Part shown: piece by piece, positions 1 to 13,237 of the stretch
Layout: every line of letters begins with the position of its first letter
How positions within the stretch are numbered: the first letter of the stretch is position 1
Assembly (NCBI RefSeq): GCF_000327385.1
Contig: NW_008709380.1
Span: 1,472,552-1,536,551 of the forward strand
Origin: Lottia gigantea
Lineage: Eukaryota
Reading direction: 5' to 3'
Length of the DNA stretch: 64,000 nt
The notes under the pieces: generated by a model
Database searches by the model: none
What the model was told of the DNA's origin: nothing
Seen by the model: the letters and a program-made list of their open reading frames with translations, nothing else
Translations under genes and position numbers: made by a program

Positions 1-1089
1 AGGGTTCATTGTTATATTTTTTTTCATTATTGTAATTTGGGCAGCTTTCATTTAGCTTTTGAAGGGACAAAATGTCAGCCACTTTTCTGTTTGTTTATAA
101 ATGTCTCTAACAATGGTATGTGTAAACACTAAGTAACAGTAGAATATAAGACAATATTTGTGTCGAAGGTGCCAGCACATGAGTTATATTTAATAAATAT
201 CCTGTACAGTCAATGTAAATATTACAAAGCATAGATATATTACGAATGAATATCTGCCTAATAAATAACCAAGGTCAAAAAGATAGCATTGCCTTGCTTG
301 AAGTTTTTTCGGCCATCGTCCAAAAACATATTGAGGGGCTGAGCTGTGCCCTCAATCCATGCAAAATATCGCTCTCTTTGTACTGTAGCATGATGCCTAG
401 GTCAAGCCCATTGCAGCCAAAAGCTATTTCAATACCTGTTTCTCTACGTCATATTACTTTTCAGTAACTATCTAGAACTGTGGTCCCAAAAGAAAAGTGC
501 GAATGTTCCCACTTCGGGTCTTGTGCCTGTAGATGAAAACCTACAATCTAGAATGAAATGGAGTTTTATAACATTGTTTTTGTATCCTTAAGTTATTCAT
601 TGTTAGAAAGTCTGCTATACTGCGTCCTATTCAAATACCACACATCAACAGTAGAATAATAAAACTACTCAACAAATAACTCTTTCTTTCTAGTTTTATA
701 ATACAGATTTCTACAAGTTAATTGGTGTTCGTTAGAGACGGTAGTTTGAGTTACGTGCCGCCGTGGATGAGGTCACTCGAAATTGCTTCACGTCGCCTCA
801 TATATAAAGGTATTGTTTTAGATCTAAAACCGACCCACGTCGAAGTTGATCCTAGTGCCCTTGTTATTTAAACAAGGCGTGGCTTTACCTGATCATACAG
901 GTAGATAGAATGGTTTTTACCAATTGTAAAATTTGAAAGCTAAACAATTCCTTTGCAATTGCTTTAACATTAAGACCTTATTTGTCGTACAATTTTCTAT
1001 ACTGTCAGACCTAAACCCTTCCCCCCTCCACTTTTTTCGTTAATGATGTCATCGAATGGAGTATAACTTTAAACACCCTCCAACCCTCC

Positions 1090-1500
1090 TTCTTTTGGGC
1101 AAGGCATGGTGTCAGTCCTCACCCCCTCCCATTCCTTTCGTCCATGGCGTCATGATTTCAGATCTGTCTTCAAGCACTACCACACCTTTCGTCCTTGGTG
1201 TCATGCACGATGTCGAATCCTAAACATTCTACTCTTGCCACTTGGGTTGGCATGATGACTGAAAACAAACTTCATCCTTGTGTCGCCCATGGTGTAAAAA
1301 CAGAGCTCCGAACACCCCATACCTTGGTGTCATACACGATATAAAACTTCATTCAAAGCATCCTACTATGCATTTTGAGCAGGGGCATGATGACAGAACA
1401 CTGCCAGCTGTACCCTTCAGTTTGTGTCGTCCAAGGGGAACTCCAAACTCCTCATACCGTACGTCCTTGGTGTCATGTAGAATGTCGAAATGAAACTCAA
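1090..1500. repeat. Degenerate tandem repeat of about 3-4 copies with a period near 130-140 bp (motif ...cgtccttggtgtcatg[c/t]a[c/g]gatgtcgaa...).
   Basis: Recurring ccttggtgtcat / gatgtcgaa blocks at 1145, 1190, 1270, 1320 and 1455. Confidence 0.6.
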
Positions 1501-4084
1501 ACAACATCATGAGGTCATGAAAAAGGCAGGTGTTATTGATTGGTAAATACTAATATAAACAAAATAATATAATATTATTTACTTTTGTCACGTTATAATG
1601 TTGTCAATTATTTACTATTTTTTAATAATATTGGTAAATTGCTCCTTTCATCTCTTCTTCTTACAATTCGCTACGTTAAATTCGTTAATATTTTAATGGT
1701 CTAGCTAAAATAAAACATCTTTCAAAGGCAAAATGTTTTTCTTTAACAATTTGGGTAACAATGCATATTAACGCGTCATGAGTTAAATTACAGAAAACAA
1801 TTCAACCAGAAGAAGAAGGCAAAACTTGTCAATAAGAATTCAGTAGCATCACTAGTATGTCCCACATTTTTGGCCACGAAATCCCAAAAATACCAGTGTT
1901 ATGTCTGAAATGACCGCTTCTGGAAAACACATCTAATTATTGAGAGCTACTTCCAGTCAACTTACTTATAAGCCTATGAGAAGCAGATTATGCATGAACA
2001 GGGTCATGACACAGAATTGTTTGCAAAGTGCAAGTCATTTTTTTTTAAAAAAGAACTCTAAATGTTGAGTGCATTATAAACATCGCAGATATAGAAAATA
2101 AAATCGAATTGATGATTAAAGCTTAGACCATAGTCACCCTTGTAAAATTGCAGAATTATTCCCAATATTTCTTTGAACTCTGCTGTTGTGTAGAAGAAAA
2201 AATAGTTCAATTTTAGAAGGAAACAATTAAAGAAAATCTTACCAGTTATGATAAATCTCCAACAAAAACACTAATTAATAAATCCCTGGTGTATTTATTC
2301 AAGTCGCATATAAAAATGAATGAATTATTATTTCCACCAACACGAAACGTGGAGAAAAAAGTATGTTATTTTAATTGGTGTGTTGGCGGTCATCTTTATC
2401 AAATATATAAATTATCACTAGAAAGAAATTATAAATAATTATCCTAATCCTTGAACTCTTGGCAAGTTAAAGGCTGGCTTCAGCGACTTGCATCGATCTG
2501 TCTTCCCTGAATTATCAATCAAATTGATTCCTTTGAAAATGTCTATAAAAATGGGAAAAAGTAAAGATTGTCTGAATCTGAATTCACCAGTAGTGTACAA
2601 GGGGGTTTGTGTACTCCATAAACCTCTTTTTTATAAGAGAAATGTTAAACATAATGTCTATTGCCTAGAAAAATATTAAACGAGACCAATGGTACAAAAA
2701 ATGTTGACTTTAACACAGATGGTAAGCCAAGTGCAAACGATGTAGATATATTAAGAAATATTATTTTTATAAACCAAGTGTATTTAAACTCATACTATTA
2801 TTTAATGTCCAAAATATCAGCGAACTGATCAACTTGGGGAAATATTTATTCTATGCAAATAAAAAACGAGATAAAATTTTAATTTAATATTTATTCATTT
2901 TTCGTGTTTTATGATAACTGTATTTATAATTGTTGAGTATTTTGTAATTTAGTCTCCTTTGCCGTCTTAACTGTATGTAAATATTGATTTGTGTCTAATG
3001 AGTCATTGGCTCAAGAAATAAAGAATTTGAATTTGAAATTTATTAGCTCATGTAATTGGAACTAAAGGGTTAGGACATACTCCTATAATAGGGTTCAGTG
3101 TGTGCCGCATGATTGGACCAATCAATACTAATCAGTCATCAGTGTCATTTAGGATTGAATTTCAACTCCGTAGATATACTCTCATAGTTGATTGGATAGT
3201 GACATTTTGATCTAATGATAAAACAGTGAATATTCCAGTTCTGGTTTAGAGAACAATTCAGTTTAATTTTCGAGCATAAAGAAAGGATTGCAATGAAAAT
3301 GGCGCACTGAGATTTTACTTTTGTAGAACACCACTCTGGTGCTTTAATAGTATTATCATCATATACGGTATTGTGTATCCATGATATTATATCCTGCAAT
3401 GTCGTTTCGTTATTCTTAAGTAGAGTGGTTGGATGGGTATAGGGTAAAAAGGACTACAGGTTATGTCAACAATTCATGAAATATCAAATTGGTTAGGTAT
3501 ATAACATATCTATGGCAAGGAATCTTAGGAAGACAGGTTAGTAGCAAGGAAAAGTGAATGAATAGGGAGAATTGAATGGTAAGATGTTGCAGTGCAACCC
3601 GAACTAATATGTTTATTTTTTCGAGATCATGTGATCGCACCTAAGTAATTATAGCTTTTCCAATGAAGATTCAGTTTCGTCGAAGAAGAAATGTATTCAG
3701 ATTATTCTTAAAGCGCAATGAAGAGATTGAATAAATGAATTTATACTTAATTTGCTTTGAAAATGAATCGCCAATAATTAATTTTATCAATAGAAAGACA
3801 CTCTTGCAGAATAAGAAGATGCATATTAAAATGTCAATTATCTTGACATAGAATATTTTAGTCATGAAATATTTAATACCAAGTTTTTCAAGACATTCGG
3901 ACACGACTGAAAATCCCGTCAACCCCCAACCTTTGCCCCCAACCTTTGCTCTGTAATAGTCTCCGACCTATATCAAGGGTTTTCAACCGTTTTATTTCTA
4001 TTATTCCTGTAAGTGCAGTGCCCCTATAAATCCTATACCCCCTTCTCCCTATAAATCCTACTATTTATGCTAGACTATAAGGCG

Positions 4085-4140
4085 TCTAAATACCCCCACC
4101 ACCTCCCCCGCCCCCTCCCCCCCCCCCCCCTACAAAAGAT
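4085..4140 (+). repeat. C-rich low-complexity tract including C14 (cccccaccacctcccccgccccctcccccccccccccc). Smaller C5-6 islands occur at 3910-3940 and 1020-1140.
   Basis: Read directly. Confidence 0.8.
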
Positions 4141-4669
4141 GTCAAAATTACGAGGTAATTATCTCGAGGTTCAAACCCCTGACCTAAATATATTTCGGTA
4201 TAAAAACCTTGGAGTTTCTAAATCACACCCGAGAAAAAAATTCAAACCATAGTGTTTTGATTGGACCTTTACCGTAATAGATTGTACATGGTAAATGATG
4301 TTAGATGTATTTAATGCAGATTGTATCAATATAATTATATCTTGTGTCTGGTTATCTTATTATCTTATTTATAAATATAATTTTCTCAAAATAGTTATTG
4401 TCTGCCTTGCTTATCATTTCATAGCTTTCCAGTTGTCCAGTTTCTGAAATTCCTTCCAGGCATTACATTTTGCAATCGAAGTAAAATCGACTGCAAAATT
4501 GTTATACTGTGCGAAAAATTAACATTGCTGATATTCTTGTATTTGGACACTTTAAAACATTTTCATTAAAAAGAAATTCCGAACAGTCGTTTGAGACAGC
4601 TGAAAATAGAGATTTATCCGCTGAAAAATTTCATACATCGCTTTTCAAAATTTAGATCCCATGCCCAGT

Positions 4670-4735
4670 TCTCTTAAGCTTATTCTGGTTCTCTTAAACT
4701 TATTCCGGTTCTCTTAAACTTATCCAAATGGAGCT
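4670..4735. repeat. Three copies of a 22-bp repeat (ttctggttctcttaaacttatt / tccggttctcttaaacttat).
   Basis: Read directly. Confidence 0.7.
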
Positions 4736-7171
4736 GTAAGCTGGTAAGAAATTTTACACGTGTATGTGCCCACGAGATTATGTTGGCTTGCCGAGAGAAC
4801 ACAATAAGAGAATGATATTTCAATAGAACTTTTGTGGAATTACGTCCAGTTATTTTACTACAATGCAAGCAATATTTTTCCAAAAGTCTGTTTGAATACC
4901 AAGAATCTATTTTTATATGAAACAAATGGAAATAGACATAAATTCCAAAAATATTTCAAAAACGATCAGACAGTGCAGCAAATATTTGATTTTCAGATTA
5001 TTTATTGAGAATTGTCTATAAATAAAATAAGTCTATATACGTCTATCTATAGAATTTCCTACATACGTTGTCTTAAAGAAGACAACCTTGATAGTAAACG
5101 TGCTGGTTAACATATGTAAGAAAATTATAATAATGCTGGCCTGAGTTTTAGTTCTTGCTTTTCCCCACTCTCCCTCCCTTATATATGCAGATCTACACTA
5201 TATTTTCATCTTGTATACATCGTTCAGAATATAATGGATCTTATTATTCCATAAATTGGAATGTTGCTGATATCAGACCAACTGGAATAGTTACTTTAAG
5301 TCCATGTCGAAATAAAAATATTATGTTCATTAATTGTAAGTTATTTTTGAAGGAGTGTACTTGAATATTTTGTAACATACAAAAGGCCGGTTAACCTATG
5401 TTATATTATTTATGATTACATCCTTATGCAAAAAAGTTCATTAGCTGCTACCTGTGTTTCGCCAAAATGTTGTTTTGGATTTCGTTTAGCGGTTCGGATC
5501 GTCAGTTCTTGGTTTATTTATTCACAAATGTCAGGTGCGATTTTTGTCTTTTACCAATTACAATCTGTGAAACACAATATTACAACACAATCTGCTGGTT
5601 GTGATCCAATCGTACAATGTTATCGCATCCACCTCGATAAAACCAAACTATTACGAAGTATTACTATGTATTAGACTTAGTTCACATGGCTTGACATTTT
5701 GAGGATGTCGACCAATTTCCTCCATAGCAATCAATTAAAGAATTTAAACATACCTTTTCCAAATATCGTTGTGAAAATTGTACTTGAATGTTGCCGTGAT
5801 ATCCCCAACATAGTAATATGTTATCTATCTGCCAAATGTACATTTTCCAAACCTCCAAGGTAGAAAGGATAATGCCATTGACTATAGATGGAAAATCTAT
5901 GCAAATCCACTTAATTACCCCGATATGGAAACAAGTTTCGGGTGTTGGCGCATAATAACAGCGTTAAAGTGCATTTGCTTTCATGAGGTAATCGGGTTGA
6001 TCAATAATAACATATTTCTACTGTTAGATGATATCAACGATTCTTTCTAATAACTAAATAATCTTTAACAATGTGTTATTATAAAGTCTGATATGTTATG
6101 ACAAAGATTGGCTTCATATATGACACCAAGAAATCGATGAGTATATAATGCATGTAGTAATGAGAACCTCATATTTAACGTGTTTCTTTTCCACATAGCC
6201 TAATTGTGCTGTTATACACCCACATTTAAAAGTATAGTTCTCTCGATCAAAAATTAATCAAATTGATGCCAAAGTTGAAATTTATTTGAGATGTTCCATT
6301 TAATTGATTTAACATTTTGCACAAATCTTATCAAGCGGTTGATATTTTAATCATTGCAGTCTTTAGGCAAGTATTAACATTTAAATTCTGTGAATTTTTG
6401 ACACTGTTCGGATAAGAATCTCTTATTATTTTTTACCATTACGTGACAAGTTCAATTTTATTGATTTTTCAAGAATTTCGTAATATGATTATTTCCGATC
6501 TACTCTGTGAACTTAAAAATACATAAAATAAGAAAATATATTTTACTCCAGAACACTGGAGGGTTAATTAAGTTCAAATTTAAAGTACAAACATGAATAC
6601 TAATTAGTTTAAAATTAATCATTTTACTTAATAACGTTAACTATTGTATGTGTTTCGAAACAGTATAATATCCATATAACTTGTGTTCTTAATGTTCACC
6701 TTCCTGCTTATTTTTGTCTTACAAAGACTAATTAGTTTAGTTGTATAGGTCAATATCCAGGCTGTTAGATGTTTGTATACAAAGATTTATTTGTTGACAC
6801 CTAAAATCAAAAGGCATGGTTAAATCTTAAATGAAAGTCTCAATTTAAAAGTTCTATGGTCGGCATCATGATATATTACTTATTTCCAGTAAAACAGCAA
6901 TTTCACTTCTGGTTAATGTTTATAAATGTTCAGCAAAGGGGCAAACGATGTCAACAGCAATACAGTACTTAGTATTATTATGAAGATTGATTGTTCAGTG
7001 GTTAATTGATCATCAATTAAATAGAAGTGTTCTGAATCTTTTCAACGATTACCTCCCTTGCCATGTCACATGCTCATCATGTGATGTCAAAATGGCGCAG
7101 TGAAAACAAAAACATTCAAATTACCTTTAATGATTTATATCGGGTATAATTAAATACTCTTAGGATATGCA

Positions 7172-7233
7172 ATGAGTGTTTTACAGGGAATAAAAGGAAC
7201 ATTCCAAAGTGTCCAACAGGATCTTGTTGACGG
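7172..7233 (+). CDS. DTNBP1: Dysbindin-like (DTNBP1 / BLOC-1 subunit 8) exon 1. ATG at 7172, MSVLQGIKGTFQSVQQDLVDG, then donor GTAAGT at 7234.
   Basis: Start codon is followed by a consensus donor. 'SVQQD' aligns with the human dysbindin N-terminus (LLSVQQDFTSG), recalled from memory. Confidence 0.75.
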
Positions 7234-7460
7234 GTAAGTAATGAAATCAAATTACGTTCTAAGGAAGTAAAATGTTTGGCCGAGTTGAATTTCAATTTTC
7301 ATTATAATTTGATCATCATGGATTCATAGAACGTTATAAAAGAAAATATATCATTTAGAAATTTAGACCGAGTAGCTGACTTTAATCCATTTCATTCTCA
7401 CTTAATATGATGGAGCATTATTATAAATCTTATTTTATTTTTCCTATTAAATCGTCATAG

Positions 7461-7565
7461 GTTTAAAGCATTAACAAGTTTTGAAAGCCATCCTAAAAGT
7501 GAAGCATTAAAGAGATTAAGAGGGGATGGTGTTAATTTAGATGCAGGTGCTGATTTATTATACAA
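7461..7565 (+). CDS. DTNBP1: Dysbindin-like exon 2 (FKALTSFESHPKSEALKRLRGDGVNLDAGADLLY). Acceptor cgtcatag, donor aa|gtaggc.
   Basis: Phase-consistent with exon 1 (2+1 nt) and exon 3. Aligns with human ...KTLSDKSREAKVKS...SAGLELLSRY. Confidence 0.7.
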
Positions 7566-7985
7566 GTAGGCCTTTATTTATTTACCTTATTTTTGTTTTT
7601 TTGATTATTTATGATGTCTATAGGAATATTGTATTACATGCAACTATAGACCTAAGCTTACATGAGCATGGTGAAACAAGCTGTTGGATGATCCCCAGTT
7701 CAAACCAAACTGTTCTACATCATAATTACTGTCTTGAATGCCTATACTGATATATACCACTAAGACAAGTATATCACAGGAGAATACAGTCTAAGACACC
7801 TATTCAACTGGATTCGAGAATAAATCTACTTAACTTGAATACAGCATAGATTTAGTACATTTAGCTTCAGATGATGCCATTAATAATGTTGAATTCCAGA
7901 TCTTTTTTGAACAAAATTTGAAAACTAAACAATCCTGTATGAAATTATTAACAGTCATAAATGATGATGAATTTTTCTATTTCAG

Positions 7986-8046
7986 GTATCATTTGTCATG
8001 GAGAGAAATAGATTCTTATTCAAAAGAAAGTGCAAAGAGAGCAGAG
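7986..8046 (+). CDS. DTNBP1: Dysbindin-like exon 3 (K-YHLSWREIDSYSKESAKRAE).
   Basis: Acceptor tttctatttcag, donor gag|gtatac. Matches human LLSRYEDTWAALHRRAKDCA. Confidence 0.7.
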
Positions 8047-8260
8047 GTATACCTTTTAATTCTGTCCATTGCTGTGGTTTGGTGCTTACTTTGCTCAAAA
8101 TTAGACTGCATTTTCTAACCATAGTTGAATTTTTAATGCAAATTCTGTGTAGACAGCAGTAGATCTCTTGTTCAATAGACTTTCATAAAACATAAAACTA
8201 TTAATTGTAAAATATGCAAATTGCATGTTAGGAAAAAATAAATATGAATTACCTTTGTAG

Positions 8261-8393
8261 GGAGTTGATGTGGAGATAAATAATGTATATAAAAGATGGT
8301 CTAAACAAGATAATTTAGTTCATCATTTAGATGAATCAGTGAAACAAATACCAGTATTATTAGAAGTCTTATCTAATCTTACTGCTTCAATAG
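8261..8393 (+). CDS. DTNBP1: Dysbindin-like exon 4 (GVDVEINNVYKRWSKQDNLVHHLDESVKQIPVLLEVLSNLTASI).
   Basis: Acceptor cctttgtag, donor atag|gttggt. Coiled-coil exon that aligns with the human dysbindin region [38 protein letters not shown]. Confidence 0.75.
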
Positions 8394-8681
8394 GTTGGTA
8401 TTGCTGAACTATATATTTTAATGTTAAAGCAAAATACAGCCCCTTTCTTTGATTTTATTATGGTACGGGTACGTTAACAATTTATGAATGAAAATGATAT
8501 ATTAAAGTTATTGCAGACATTTTGCAGTTCGTTTTTAATTAATTGTTGTGAAACAGGATAGCAGATTTCAATTCTGACAAGTGATCTGGATAGCTGAATA
8601 CATCAGCTCGTCAAGCACATATTATAATGATCATATTCACTCTTAACTCTTTAACAAAAGTGTCCTCCATTTGAATTTCAG

Positions 8682-8837
8682 GAGAACTTGAAGAAAGTTT
8701 CAGGATTGTAGAAGATGATTTAGAAAAGTTAGAAGATGTTTGTGAAGAACAAGAATTAATAAAACAACAACAAAATCAAATACATCAATTATATCAATAT
8801 AGGCATCAGAAATCTAAAGAAATAGAGAAAGTTAAAG
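8682..8837 (+). CDS. DTNBP1: Dysbindin-like exon 5 (ELEESFRIVEDDLEKLEDVCEEQELIKQQQNQIHQLYQYRHQKSKEIEKVK).
   Basis: Strong match to the human [50 protein letters not shown] block. Acceptor tttgaatttcag, donor aaag|gtgaat. Confidence 0.85.
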
Positions 8838-9221
8838 GTGAATTACACAGTCTTTAGGTCTAAAGTTTTTTTTTAGAAAAGAAGTGGATAGTAACAGTGA
8901 TTTTGCAGAATGGATAATGATTAATGCAACAATGTTGGATTGATATTTTATGTGGTTTAAATAACTAAGCGTCAGTTTCCTTTGAAAGCAATAAAGTGTC
9001 ATATTAAGAACATACCATTTTGACCCTTGACCTCAGCTAAGAGAAGCATATCGCAAATATTCAGCCAAATAAACTGTTTGAGTTCAATGGCAAACTTTTA
9101 AAGTTTTATTGGAATTTTTGCTTCATCGAATTTAAACATTAATGCAAAGAAACTTTTTAACTTGGAAATTAATAATACTTAATTAACAGTTTTTCAATCC
9201 TTGCATGCCTTCTATTTTCAG

Positions 9222-9362
9222 TACAAATGGCAAGAGACCATGCTAAAAAAATGATAGAATTAGAAAAGTTTAAAAGTTTTAAACTAAAAGAGAGACATGA
9301 AGCGTTTGAAGAAGCTTTTTCAAGTGATTTATCATATTATAAAGAACATGGTAAAACTGACA
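9222..9362 (+). CDS. DTNBP1: Dysbindin-like exon 6 (VQMARDHAKKMIELEKFKSFKLKERHEAFEEAFSSDLSYYKEHGKTD).
   Basis: Matches human [34 protein letters not shown]. Acceptor tctattttcag, donor aca|gtaagt. Confidence 0.85.
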
Positions 9363-9558
9363 GTAAGTGCCCTTCAATTTTTCATCGAATATGTTCCATT
9401 ACCATTGATGTAAAACTATGCCTACTAGCTGACCCATGTCTCATAACATTGCCTTATAATGTTTGAAATTAATGGCTTGCAATGAATGTTTTCCAAATAG
9501 TAACTTGGACTCACAGGACTTTACTTGAAAATTGACGCTGTATTATTGTTTATTTTAG

Positions 9559-9690
9559 AATTAAAACTACCGGTACCAGAAATACCTAAAGTAAGTAGTT
9601 TAAGTGATATAAATATTGATCAAGATGAAAAAGCCTTAAATGAATTTCTGTCCTCACAAACTACTAGTCCAGTTGTAGATCAAACTAAAG
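9559..9690 (+). CDS. DTNBP1: Dysbindin-like exon 7 (KLKLPVPEIPKVSSLSDINIDQDEKALNEFLSSQTTSPVVDQTK).
   Basis: Phase-consistent. The motif DQDEKALNEFL corresponds to human DQEALDVFLNS. Acceptor tattttag, donor aaag|gttagt. Confidence 0.75.
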
Positions 9691-10026
9691 GTTAGTACAT
9701 TAGTTTCAATTTCCTTTCTCCAGACCGAAGGGAATTTCAAGTATTCTAGTCTAAAGTATGTGCTTCTTTATGGACTTATTTTGATTTCCCATTTGTCCAC
9801 ATAACTCCATTAAAAAGTAATATGTCCAGCAAATCTCTTTTGAATCTCTCCAATTGAGAGAAAGATCTATCAGGCAAAATGATCTGGTTCTTTATAATAG
9901 GCAGACAATGATATGCTGAGTTATATTAGTTGTCCTTTGTTAACTGTCAGTAAAATGTTTTCACTACTGCAATCATTTATGGCTGTGAATAGAAGCAGAA
10001 CTGTCAAATATGAATTATGATTTTAG

Positions 10027-10688
10027 ATGAAGATGATGATGAAATACATATGAATGTTGTCGTCACATCAGAAGATTCATTTATAGATGATGATTACACC
10101 AAAGATTATGGACATGATATTAACATGATACCAGATTCTGATTCTAGTGAGGAGGATGATTCCACAGTATTAGGGAGAAAAACTGAGGACAATTGCAAAG
10201 AATCAGGTTACAAGGTTGAGGATAATTCTACTGTATCAGAGAGCAAAACTGAGAAAAATTCTAAGGAACCTGGATCGAAAGATGAGGACAATTCTGACAA
10301 ATCAGGAAGCAAGGTTGAGGACAATTCCAACAAATCAGGTAGCAAAATTGAGGACAATTCCAAAATGTCAGGGAGCAAAATTGAGGATGATTCCAAAAAC
10401 AAGGACCTCTCGAAACTATCAGATAATAAAGATGATGACCTGTTAGATCAGACAGAAAGTAAAACAGAGGATAATCAAAGCCATATTCAGGATACCACAC
10501 AACAGTCAAGCAATGAGGATATCCAGACTGAGGACAATAAGGATACTCCAGAACAGTCCGATAGTAGGACGGAGGATAATCAGATTACAGATGCTGAAGT
10601 TTCTAATGATCTAGGGAATAGTGATAAGGAAATTCCTCAACAATCATTTAGCAAGGATCAAAATGACAATGATAGTAAGGTATCTTAG
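10027..10688 (+). CDS. DTNBP1: Dysbindin-like terminal exon: an acidic Ser/Asp/Glu-rich low-complexity tail with tandem decapeptide repeats (KSGSK[V/I]EDNS), stop at 10686-10688. A GT at 10678 could instead be a donor to a further exon.
   Basis: Acceptor ttttag at 10021-10026. Long ORF in phase with exon 7. Human dysbindin also ends in an acidic PEST-like tail. Confidence 0.65.
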
Positions 10689-12081
10689 AAAATGTCAAAA
10701 GTCCAAAGCTATACAAGTGATAAACAATTTCCAAAACTTTTACATTTAACTTTGAATCATTGAGAGTTAAATTCGACAATTGAAAGTATAAGTATATAAG
10801 ACAGAATTATACCTGTTAATTAAAATTCTATAAAGGTCAAGAAGCTGAAATTCAATTATCATTGGTGGAAAAGGTGCACAATTGGTTTCTGTTTGGTCAT
10901 TTCTCCTCCTTCTTGGATCTATGACACAAATTATTACTTAATTCCATGGAATATTCAGGATTTAATTGAATTTGATTTAGATTTAGGGCTTCCTTAATTT
11001 CTTTTTTGTCTTAAGCAAAGTTCTTCAAGAGATTTTAAGGCTGTTCAAGCTATCTATATATGGTACAAGTAGATGCTATTAATGTCCCTGATAAAGATGC
11101 TAATAAATATTTTGTGATACATATGAATTGTCAGAGGTTGATCTGAGCAAATTTAATGCATATAGAGAGCTTTCCTTTATCTTAATCTGCTGTAAATCTT
11201 AATCAGTATGCAAATAACTTGCCAGTCTCTAAGCCCAGACTTTTACTTGTTTGTTGAATAATTCAGTTGTTTGTATAGATTGGTAGTTAAAATGGTTTAG
11301 TTGTTTGTTGTTTTTGAATAATAACTTGTTTATTAAACTGAGTAATATTGTGTGAATGAATATTATAATGAATATAATTATACAGTTATTCATTGTTCTA
11401 ATTAGTGTATGAAGAGATCTTATTTTCTTGATAATTTCATATCTAAAATAAATTATTTTAATAGTTTCTTGTTTTTGGGATAATGACTGGCCTCTCAGAT
11501 TCAAAATGAAGACAAAGTTACATTAATAAATAGTTTATTCGGTGGTTATTCCAAATCAAAAACATTCTTATCAATTCCAGTAAATTTTTTTACAGAATAT
11601 AGTAATCTAAATAATTGCATCACCAGCTAACAGAGCTCAATTTAAGCTATATGTATCAGTTTTCAAAGTTAAAATCCCACGTAGGGTTCTACCTCCCAAG
11701 CAGGGTAATACAATTATCACCAAGTCATCATTCATAACTGTCTGTAAAGATAACACAGTGACTGGATGTTTTAATAGTGCAAAGTTCTACAGATAGATGA
11801 AATTTGAACACCATCAGCTGGTAAAGCTAAATCCCTTTAAGAGCTTATATTAATGCTTAATTAAATATTAAATACTTTAAAGCTCTAGGTTAACAACATT
11901 CCATTTTATCACATTTGGTATGAAAATAATATAACAATCCATCTTTACATCATATAATAATAATACTATGAATTTTTATTATCACTTTTAAATGCATGAT
12001 CCTACGGTATATGGCTGATAAAGCAAATATATTGTAATTTAAAGATCTTCATGATTTATCCCAATCATTCAGAGTTTTGAT

Positions 12082-12238
12082 TCAATCAAAATGTTCCTGT
12101 ACTCTAGAATACAAACTAAAAGATTTTAATTCCAACCACAGAAAACCAAAGGTATTTTCATCAAAAACAACCCAATGTCCTGGTGTTCTCGAGGGGTTGC
12201 TGAAATCATGACCTGCAATTTGACCTTTTGCATGAAAC
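12082..12238 (-). CDS. FBXO31: FBXO31-like terminal exon ([52 protein letters not shown]).
   Basis: Near-identical to the human FBXO31 C-terminus [43 protein letters not shown] (from memory). Acceptor ttttttcag, phase matches the upstream exon. Confidence 0.9.
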
Positions 12239-12676
12239 CTGAAAAAAACCCCAGAAAAATAGTTCAAAATATTATGTGCATTAATTCATTCAATCAAATG
12301 CATTGAGTTGCCACTGTAAATAAAGTTGCCATTTGAAAAATGAAATCTCCTCAGTTTGTTAATTTCACAGTTGGCCAATTTTTTGAAAATTCTCTGAAAT
12401 ATTACAGAAGTATACCCCTAAAGTATGACCAATATACCAATTAGTAGTCAGCAACGTAATTTTCTTAGTTTTGTTGGGAACCACAGATATTATTTTTGTA
12501 AAGATGGAAGACAAAAGAGCCTGTTAAGAACAATCAAAGGCTTGGTAGAATTTTTTTCAGGAAAAACTTATAATTGTCTTGGTACATCTGTGGATATTCT
12601 TTTAACATGATTTCCTGTGTATTAAATGAGACTACAGCATTAGGTTATCAAGACATTACACATAGTATTTTCTTAC

Positions 12677-12900
12677 CTTCCAATACATTTATGAGGTGTA
12701 CCACTAAATCTTTCAAAACAGTCATCAGGTACCCGGAATGGTTGTGGGGGAAGATTATGAGGGTAAGAATCCGGTGGAGAGTCGGGTATATCTATTTGTT
12801 GTAATAAATCTATGGTTTGTTGTTGATCTCGGTTTAAAAACATTGGTCTTCTTAAATCTATATATAAACTTATTTTATTAGCTGGTACATTGGGGTCACC
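12677..12900 (-). CDS. FBXO31: FBXO31-like exon (GDPNVPANKISLYIDL...DCFERFSGTPHKCIG).
   Basis: Matches human ITGDPNIPAGQQTVEIDL. Acceptor tatatttcag, donor ag|gtaaga, phases consistent. Confidence 0.85.
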
Positions 12901-13080
12901 CTGAAATATAAAAGGATTGATAAGAGGTTTTGGCTTCAAATTCCACCAATTTTGCATACAATACATGGAATTTCCCAACAGATGGAAAACCTGATCAGTC
13001 ACTGTCCAATCACATACTAAAACTTTTCACTCACGTAATTGAAATTTAATCTACAGATTAAAAAATAACGCTAAACCTAC

Positions 13081-13237
13081 TGTTATTTTCTTGCCTTCTG
13101 CCATCATATCTGGTAAATATGTTAACATGATTAACTCTATACCATGGCCACCATAGTTACCTTTAAATAAGCCTGGTTGTACTATCACATTAGCTTCTGG
13201 TTGAGGGAATGAAAGACGTGTTAAATCATATGTACAT
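13081..13237 (-). CDS. FBXO31: FBXO31-like exon (G-CTYDLTRLSFPQPEANVIVQPGLFKGNYGGHGIELIMLTYLPDMMAEGKKIT).
   Basis: Matches human [22 protein letters not shown]...GTKIT. Acceptor tattgtag, donor aca|gtaggt. Confidence 0.9.

Noticed and set aside
4150-4200. tRNA-like T-arm motif (gaggttcaaaccc)
   Set aside because: The flanking sequence cannot be folded into acceptor, D or anticodon arms, and the stem halves are not complementary (cgagg versus ccctg).
10208-10509. Three ORFs on both strands overlapping the dysbindin acidic exon
   Set aside because: They result from the 30-bp tandem repeat underlying the KSGSKVEDNS peptide repeat. The + frame in phase with the upstream exons is the coding one.
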